A DNA stretch of 64,000 nucleotides from Chrysomallon squamiferum (Eukaryota; Animalia; Mollusca), in contig CM022673.1 of NCBI GenBank assembly GCA_012295275.1, positions 6,448,001 to 6,512,000 on the forward strand, read 5' to 3'. The stretch's first letter is position 1. Each line of letters begins with the position of its first letter. The position numbers and the translations under genes are program-made. A model generated the notes under the pieces. It saw nothing but the letters and a program-made list of their open reading frames with translations. It did not search any database and was not told the origin of the DNA. Positions 55,195 to 64,000 of the stretch are shown piece by piece.

Positions 55195-57721
55195 GTCTCT
55201 CTGTGCCTCTCTCTGTGCCTCTCTCTGTCTCTGACTTGCTGTCTATAATGCCAGCCTGCTTCAACATCTTCAAGATACAAAACTCACCTTTTACAAGGGG
55301 TTGCCATGATGTCATGCATGAGTTGTCAAGAATACATTTCAAGACCATGATGGGCTTGTGATAAATGCTGTCATGGTTGGATGCACCCGAGCAGTTTTCT
55401 ATTCAGCTTGTGCTCTTAGCCTGAAACAGGGCAAAAGAGATCTTCTGAGTATTGTTGGTTTTATACACAGATTTTCTGATATCAATCATTGGGTATTAAC
55501 TGGGATGTGACTGAAAAATGAGCCCTTCAGATTTTACTATTATCATTTTTTTTTTTTTTTTCATTTTTTTTTTTGATTCTATTAATAGCAGCTGAAAATT
55601 GATTTATTTTTTTTGGTCAAAATATAGAGTTTGTCTCTGTTGAAGTCAGGATATAGCATTTATTATTTTTTTTAAGCTTGTTTTTGTTCTTCGTTATCAT
55701 CACCATCATTATTACCATTATAAATGTCATTACCGTTGATCCTTTTTTTTAAAGGTTTAGAGTTTTCGTTATTTCAGTGGAGAAATTTTTACAGCATTTA
55801 TAAAACGACTCCAGTCTTGTTTAAATTATTGTCTTTGTTGTTGCTGTAATCATCATCATCATTACTAATTATTATTAATTATTATTATAAAACATCACTA
55901 ACAAAGATGTATGATTCAGTTAATTAAATTATTTAATTATTATTACATTACATATTTTATTTTGTTTCTAATGAGAAATGGTTTAAGAGTGTAATCGTTC
56001 AGTTCCATAACAGTTAAAGTTTTGTTAAACTTTTACACACATTTTTTTTTTTTCTTGTTCTCTTTTACTTCTTTCAACTTTCTCTCAGGAAGAAGTGGTG
56101 AGGGATCAATCTTCCTTCCTTTTCATTTCAGCCAGATGTCACCTGTTGTCCCTTCAAACCCTTTGAAAACGGAGAACAGGTCTTCCATGCTTTGTCTGAG
56201 CTTTGACCTTGGGTCACGGCACTCTGTGTTGCTGATCATTAATCACTGGGTTTCTTTAGCAATAGTTTTAGCAGCATTCACAGGTTTTCTTCAGCAGTAG
56301 TTGTATATGCAGCATTCACAGGTTTTCTTCAGCAGTAGTTGTATAAGCAGCACATGTACGTTTTCTTCAACAGTATTTCTGTAGACAGCATTCATAGGTT
56401 GTCTTTAAGAATAATTATACATGTATAAACAGCATTCATAGGTTGTCTTTAAGAATAATTATACATGCATATGCAGCATTCATAGGTTGTCTTTAAGAAT
56501 AATTATACATGTATAAACAGCATTCATAGGTTGTCTTTAAGAATAATTATACATGTATAAACAGCATTCATAGGTTGTCTTTAAGAATAATTATACATGT
56601 ATAAACAGCATTCATAGGTTGTCTTTAAGAATAATTATATGTGTATATGCAGCATTCATAGGTTGTCTTTAAGAATAATTGTATAAACAGCATCCAGAGG
56701 TTTTCTTAAACAATAGTTGTATAAGCAGCATTTGCAGGATTTTTTTTTTTTACAATAATAGCTGGGTTTATGTTGAAATTGTTGGACTGGTGTCATGTTG
56801 AATCTGGGTTCAGTGTTTAATTACTGGTTGAGTTTTTGGACTGGGTCTAGATTCTCTGTTTGGATCTGGATTCATTTCCTGATATTGATATTAATTAAAA
56901 CATATCCTGATTAAAACTTTGGGCTAACATCTAAACTTTGGACAGATTGTTATTGTTATACTGTGTAACTGGAATTATAACAGTTTTAAACATATTTGAT
57001 GGAAGAATGTATTATGAAAAAAGTCCTAATCCCATACCTATAACATAGCTTGTACAGTAGTTTATTAATTTTTCATATACTTCACAGTTATTTTGTGTTT
57101 ATATCATCAGAGTCATAATATGAGCATTCTCTCCCAGACAACAAGTCCACTGGGATTTTTCTAACACCTGACTTCATTAATTATTAAATAAATTTCAGTT
57201 TTATTTTCTTGCATGTGAACAGCTCATTAAAGTATCTTTTTTTTTTAACTTTTTTTTTTTCTTTTTTAAAGGTACAGGTTTTAACAGTGTATGTTTGTGT
57301 TGGTTATCATGTTACTAGGTATGGCAGAGTTTACTATCTGTGACAGAATCAACCTTGAAGATCACAGGATTCATCTTGACTTTGTAACTTGATGACGCTG
57401 TAAAATAGTTTCTTGTGTACACGGACTGGAATTAAACCATATCAAAATTGTTTTCGTAACAGCAGGGTTTCTGTTTTGTGCAGTTTATGCAGTTTTGTGG
57501 TTTGGCATTTGGAACTGAAGAGCAAAGAGTTAGAAGAAGATTATTATTTGTATTTTCTTTGTTGACTTGAAGCTGTATATGTGGCAGATTTTGCCTTTTA
57601 ATTTTTTTATAGTTTTTCTCTCTTTTGCTGTGCTCTTTCTTTCTTTTCTTCTGTATTACCTATTTTTCACCCTAATAAAAAAAAGGTTTCTTTTTTCTCT
57701 GTTTTATTCTTTTTTTTTCTT

Positions 57722-57790
<69 letters not shown>

Positions 57791-58918
57791 CTCTCTCTTG
57801 CTGTCTCTGTTACTCTTTCACACATGCAATATCTTATTTTTATTTTATTTTATTTTCCACATAACCAGTGAATACGAATATTAAAAGGGAGATACCTGAA
57901 AAAAAAAATCAAATCAGATTCTGTCATTGCTAAAGTTTCTAATGATATTCTCCTAATTTAATAACAGGTTTTTTTTTTTTTTTTTTTTTTCTAATATGTT
58001 TGTTTGGTTTTATTCAGTCTTTCTCCAACATTAACCAAAATCCCTCACAGAAAAAAAAAAAAAACCCATCTGGACAAGTGGTGGACTGTGGTCACCGATT
58101 AGAAAGGCCTTTGTCTTGCCCATTTCTGAAGACTCCGAAGACCTGTCACTTGTCTTTCATTGTTATTTGAAAACATTTTCTCTGTCAAATCACTTGGTCA
58201 TTTCGTCATTCAGTCTCAGTCCATTGAGCTTCAAAGAGACTCCTGACCTTCCAGACGTCTCCTTCAAGCCACAACTCAAGGTCACATCATTCATAGTAGA
58301 AGGGAAGGGGTTACTGGAGAGGGGGATGGTCAACAACCTGCGGCTTTGTGTTAACATTGTTCGGTTTGTTTCCAATGTAATTAAGTCTGGCACACCCCTT
58401 TCATTACGTTTTGGTTCTTTTTGAGGTTTTAGCGCAAACATCTTTTAATCTTTTTGGAGTGAAATGGTAACTGCTTCGGGGTATTGAGTTTGTGGGGGGG
58501 AGCAAATGAGTTGGTATTTTGATTAATTTAGATTGCAGACGTGTGCAGATATGTCTATGCATACATAGTTGTATCTGTGTGTGTGTGTGTGTGTGTGATA
58601 ACTGTAGCTAGAAAAATTCACATCACAGAAGATATCAATAGATTAACATAAACACATTTACATTTACTCTTGCATACACACATACACACATACATGCACG
58701 CACACATACACATCATATATATTGCTGCTGACGTCTGTATAAATGTTCTGTTGTTGTTAACTGTCAGGATCTGTGTTGCTGCATGTGTTTGTTTATAGGT
58801 ACAATTTATATAGCTTACTGGCCCAATATAAAACAGCTGGAATCAATCATAATGATATTAATTTCCATGGAATGCTCTTTTTTTACCCTTTCTGTTTCAG
58901 TACACAGACTCACACAAA

Positions 58919-58978
<60 letters not shown>

Positions 58979-60423
58979 AATATATCTATAGATGCATTAC
59001 TTGAAACATATCTGAATATACCATAAACTATTACAAAATCTATTATAGTAAATTACCCTATAACCCAAGTAATTACTGTTAGCCATTGAAAATTAATGAC
59101 CCCAGGAAGATTTATTCTAAGTCCACTGACACTAATTATTTTTTGGAATGAGCTGATTTAATTAAATGACAGAATTATCTGAACATAAAAAAAAAACAAA
59201 GACTTAGTAAAGTTAATTAACCTTTGTTGAATTTACATCAGGTAAGAACTGACAAACTATGATTCATAAATTTATAAAATTAAAAAAATTAAAAAGAAAG
59301 ACTTTAATGAATTTTTACTTAGTTTACAGTCTAACAAACATTTAGTTCTGGTAAAACAAAGTATTTGTTTAATAACATTTTTTTTCCAGCTAATTAACTG
59401 TTATTTTCAGTTTTCTTGGATATTTTTTTGTACTATCTCTTTTTTTTCTTTTTAGTTTTTAAATTTATTTTAATAATTTTTATTTATTATTATTATTATT
59501 CATTTGTTGTTTGCAATTTTGTGCTTCTTTTACTTACATTTAATCAAGGAAAGTCTGATTATTTATAATCATTTATTTTATTTGATCATTTAATTTTGAA
59601 CTGAAAATATTATTTAGTTCTAAAAATCCATCTTGCTTGAGAGACACAGTACATATGTAACCAATGGCTTGGAGGTTTACCATTGAATTATTACGTGACT
59701 CTGCTGCAGTTGTTAATCAAGTAAGACTATGGAACCAGGTGTACTGGAAAATTCAACCAATATAAATTTATTTATGAAAAAACAAATAAAAAAAAACAAA
59801 AACATTTACAGCCTGTTAATATTGCTTATGTGCCCATCCAAACTCAGTCTGTTTGGACTATTTCACAAGGTTTACTCAGACTTTCAAAGTAGTGTATTCC
59901 TCCTGATTTATTCATACTGGACTTGCCCGATTCAAAATATTTATTATTGATATTGGAAAATATTGTTTATATAAGTATATTGTTTTGTTTACATTTTTTT
60001 TTTTTTTTTTTTCCAGGTATATGTACTGGACAGACTGGGGGGAGACACCAAAAATCGAGCGTGCTGGGATGGATGGAAGTTTTTGGAGTAGAAAAGTGAT
60101 TATAGGTGACAATATTTTCTGGCCCAATGGCTTGACGTTGGATTACGCAGATTCTAAAATTTACTGGGCTGATGCCAAACTCAGTTTCATTCACAGCTGT
60201 GATTTCGACGGCTCCAACCGGCGGGAGGTTATCGCCGGGGAGCGTTCGCTGCCCCACCCTTTCGCTCTGACCCTGTGTGACGACACGCTGTACTGGACAG
60301 ACTGGCAGACGAGGTCGATACACAGCTGCAACAAGCTGACGGGAAAACAGCAGTGGGTGGTTCACGAAAACATTTTCTCGCCAATGGATATTCACGTCTT
60401 CACGGCAAAGAGGCAGCCAAAAG
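41186..60423 (+). CDS. LRP6: LRP5/6 (arrow) Wnt co-receptor, 5' part: join(41186-41240,54140-54533,60017-60423), signal peptide plus first YWTD beta-propeller; continues past window
   Basis: Signal peptide followed directly by LLFANRKD and repeated YWTD/YWSD/YWAD motifs ([64 protein letters not shown]) with no N-terminal LDLa repeats, which is the LRP5/6 architecture. Confidence 0.92.
46030..46330. repeat. Composite tandem repeat (ccgtttttgtgaacatgggtgcc...gaatgaatgcctgatttgcat with (TG)n), 3-4 copies
   Basis: Direct inspection; LRP5/6 intron 1. Confidence 0.85.
49775..50145. repeat. Degenerate short tandem repeat (atacagacaaaacct / taaacct)
   Basis: Multiple imperfect copies. Confidence 0.6.
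50260..50500 (-). mobile_element. Possible degenerate SINE copy, inverted
   Basis: GC-richer island in an intron carrying the reverse complement of the core at 19139-19160. Confidence 0.35.
51530..51945. repeat. ~33-bp minisatellite (aaatcttgctgtggagggtgtgttagtactttt), about 12 copies
   Basis: Near-perfect copies 51602-51940; degenerate outliers at 51530 and 52108-52210. Confidence 0.92.
54140..54533 (+). CDS. LRP6: LRP5/6 exon 2 (first half of beta-propeller 1)
   Basis: tttcag|CTTCTCCG...AATGG|gtgagt. Confidence 0.95.
56270..56740. repeat. 39-44-bp minisatellite (agcattcataggttgtctttaagaataattatacatgtataaac)
   Basis: About 7 near-identical central copies with diverged flanking copies. Confidence 0.92.
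60017..60423 (+). CDS. LRP6: LRP5/6 exon 3 (second half of beta-propeller 1)
   Basis: ttccag|GTATATG...CCAAAAG|gtgagt. Confidence 0.95.
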
Positions 60424-62074
60424 GTGAGTTGTCTCCTCTTGGTTATTTTGGTTTGGTTCAATTATTGTGACATATTTTTTTTTCAGGAAAGTTGCATTGA
60501 AAAGGGAGTTGTCTGCTCTTATTGTTTTTTTTTTTTGTTTTTTTTCATTATTATTATTATAACATACTTACATGAAAGAAACAAAAGAGAAGTTATCTGC
60601 TCTTTGTTATCTGCTCTTTTTAACTAATGCCATAACATACTTTCAGTGGAAGTGGCATGCAAAATATGAGTTATCTGCTCTAAGTGATTTTAAAACCATA
60701 ATTTTGTTTTACCTGTATAATCAGTAACCTATATTTGTGAGTCATATTCTTTTACTTAATTTAATTATATACATATATGGTTTTGATTTGAAATATAATA
60801 AATAACCTCTCCATTTTTCTAACTAACCCAATAAGATACATAAAATTATTTTGAAAAGACAAATCAGAAGGTTCAAACATATTCAGGACATATACGTTTG
60901 AACCTTCAGTACATAAAAACATTTCAAATCAGATGGTCAAGACATTGAGCCTTTATTATGTTTAAGTAAAATTTCAAAGTATTGATTAATGATTCCTGTA
61001 TGCTATATCTCAGTGTGTGCAATAATACTGTTTTATTTAACACCTTTTGAAACGTATTAAATAACTAAACCTCATTTATTTCCACGCTGCCTGTAGACTT
61101 GGACAAAATGGGAGGTATTGGTCATATCTGTACTATGTGTGTCTGTTGTGTGGTTTTCTTTAGTAATTTATCATGTTGTGTTAGCACTCTCTCTTGTTAG
61201 CAGTATCTTCATGTTAGAAAACCTTATCTGTAGAGGCACATGGAGGAGTACAAAGGTGGGCCAAGGGAGTCTTGACCCTCACCTTGCTTTTGAAAATTAA
61301 AAAGTATTTTCTGTTGTGTTTTTGTAATTAATTTTTGTCATTTTCTTTCTGTATATTTCAATATAAAATTTAGAATTTATAATAATAATAATAATAATAA
61401 TAATATAATTTTTTTTTTATTAAGAAAGGTTTCATATTCTTCTTTTTTTTTTTTTTTTTAATTTTCTTTTATCATAATATATTCTGAAAATATTGTGTAT
61501 TATTTATTTATTTATTTACTGTTAATGTTTTAAAAATATGTCACAATCAGTAAAAATCATAATATTACTCTATAAATATATATTTAAAAAAAAGAAATCA
61601 AAATTAATTCAAATGAAAAAAAAAAAAATGTTCAATGAACAAAAATACCTCAAGCTCCTAGCTTGAAATTACTCTATAGATACCAAACACCTTATTAAAG
61701 GATTTTTTTTTTTTTTTTTTTTGGTGTATTTTCTAACTTGGCTGTTACTGAATAGAAATACCATGGCTTCCTGGCTCTAAAAACATCAGCAGATTCTTTT
61801 CTTTGTATTCATCATTCTATTTATATTTTTTTAAAAATCAGACTGAATTTATTTTGTATTGTTATTTATAAAAGGTATTGAATAGAAATACCAGAGGTTC
61901 CTAGTTCTTAAAACATGCAATTGGTTCACATGCTCTGTTCAGGATGCAAAGACACCTTTTTTTTTTTTCTTTTTTTCTTTTTTAAATTAATTTCTTATGG
62001 ATATATGAATAATTGTAAATAAATATTTAAAAAATTATTAATAATAATAATGATTCTATTGGTCCTTTCATTAT

Positions 62075-62116
<42 letters not shown>

Positions 62117-63943
62117 TTTTGCTGTCATCTAATTTTATAATTTTTCAGGTTTTTTTTTTCCTCTAGTTTTGTTTAATATGCCTCAGTTCTTTCACATAAA
62201 CAGTTTTTAACATGTTAAAAACTATAAATGTTCAGTTTTGCAGATGATTCTAATTTCAATTCTTAATGAAAAGCAAGTACATTTTTTTAATTTCTTTTAT
62301 TTATTTATTTATTATTATTTTTTTTTATTACTTAAGACATTTTCTTTCTCCTGAAAGAATCCTGCCCCTCCCAATTCAAACCAAATGCTAACAGTGGTGA
62401 AGTTACACTTTATGGTTTAAAATAATAAACACATGCAGGATTGATTATATGCCATAGTGGAAAATATTTGTCTTTCTTTTTTAATTTTTATTTATTTATG
62501 TATTCATTTTTAAATTTACTTGGCACATTTATTGTATAAGAAGTTAACAGACAGTTTAATATAGTATTATTGTTATTAGTATTATTATTATTATTAGCAT
62601 TATTATTAGTAGTAGTATAGATATTGTTATCCTAAGTATTTATTATTTGTTAAATTATATCAGTAGTGTATTTGTGTGTGTGTGTGTGTTTCTGGTTTTC
62701 TTTACTTAATAATCATTACATGTCAGTTGTTGTCACAGTTGTAAATCTGTTGTGTTCCCACTGATGTTGTTGTAGTAGTTAACTGATGTTCTTGCTGTTA
62801 CTTTACATGCTATTTTAGTTACATCTTGTTTTAACATTCTGATATAAGCCTTTTAAATATCATTATGATACTGATTTATCAAAAGTCGTGGAATTCGCTT
62901 GCTTGTCTTTCAGTAGATATATATAAAAGGTCACAGTACTGCTATATATATATATATAAAATACACCATATAATCAGTTAAAAAAATATATGCAGTCCAT
63001 TATTCAAGTGAAATAATTTCTTGGATTCCAGTATAAACAAAGAAAATCTCTCCCCAACCAAAAAAAAAAAATAAAATAAAATAAAATAAATAAATAGAAA
63101 CAGAAAAAAAAAAAAAAAAAAAAAAAAACATACATTTGATATATTCTTAGTAAGTGTTAATATTAACATTGCTGAGATGTTGCCAAAAAAATCATTAACA
63201 AATTTCATTCATCAACACTGTCTAAAACAAACAAGACAAAACAATGCACTGGTCATCATGACATACAGCCAGTATCCAACACTTTATGGTGTCACTGAAA
63301 AAAAAAAAAAAAAAAAAAAAAAAAGAAGAAAGAAACAAAAAATCCTAGTGTGCCATTAAACAGCATTGCTCTTTGACAAAACTAAACATTTCTATACAGT
63401 TATGTTTCTCTTGGGTTGGAGGAAGCCATCGTCGTTTCATCAGGGTTTCTTTAAGTAGAGGAATAATTGTGATCTGTTTTTAAAACTGGGATTTTTGAGT
63501 TGGAAAAGGATAAAATTAGTTAATTTTGGAGAAGATATTTCCCCAGGTGATAATTTAGTTGAATCATGTTTCTGTTTTCAGCAAAGAATGGCTGCTACAA
63601 AGGGGCATAAATAGCTCTGAAGTTTTATTGAATCTAAATTATATCCCCTTTCTTTCTTTCTTTCTTTTTATTCATTTAATTGCTTTTCATCTTTTTTTTT
63701 TTTTTTTTAAAAGATGTCTGTTTTAAAACATGGTCTGAATTGATAGTTAATGCCATTGTATAAACCAGACACTGTAAACAGAGGACAAATCTGAGATAGG
63801 TTATTTTGTTTTGGTGAGGAATGTTTCAGAACTGGTTTTACAGCTGTTCCAAGAAGGAAGGAGTGAAATTAAAAAATAAACAAGTTAATAAAATTAAAAT
63901 TAAAATAACGAAATATTTTCTGATGGAAGGACTAGTCATCAAA

Positions 63944-63978
<35 letters not shown>

Positions 63979-64000
63979 ATGAAAAGAAGGAAGAAAAATG

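Noticed and set aside
59967-60461. Antisense ORFs over LRP5/6 and ALDH3 exons, and the many poly-F/Y/I/C/HT ORFs in the track
   Set aside because: Shadows of real coding exons or translations of microsatellites.

Overview
AT-rich, microsatellite-dense, intron-rich animal genomic DNA (invertebrate; a mollusc is a plausible inference, not demonstrated). Three spliced genes can be assembled by hand with GT-AG boundaries and consistent phases. (1) A complete K-Ras4B-like Ras gene on the minus strand (CDS 20900->7110, 187 aa, polybasic tail ending CILF). (2) A complete ALDH3-family aldehyde dehydrogenase with a C-terminal membrane anchor on the plus strand (23390-34752, 14 exons, 499 aa), head-to-head with Ras. 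(3) The first three coding exons of an LRP5/6 (arrow) Wnt co-receptor (41186-60423, continuing beyond the window). The standout observation is that the Ras exon encoding residues 37-65 (end of switch I through DTAGQEEYS) is present as two tandem 85-nt copies 66 nt apart. Both have intact splice sites and encode an identical peptide, but they differ at 10 nucleotides, all synonymous: apparent mutually exclusive exons that do not change the protein. Other notable items are a chain of abutting uORFs before LRP5/6, tandem arrays of duplicated splice acceptors in ALDH3 introns, and Ras-ALDH3-LRP5/6 linkage. Most ORFs in the supplied track are low-complexity artefacts.
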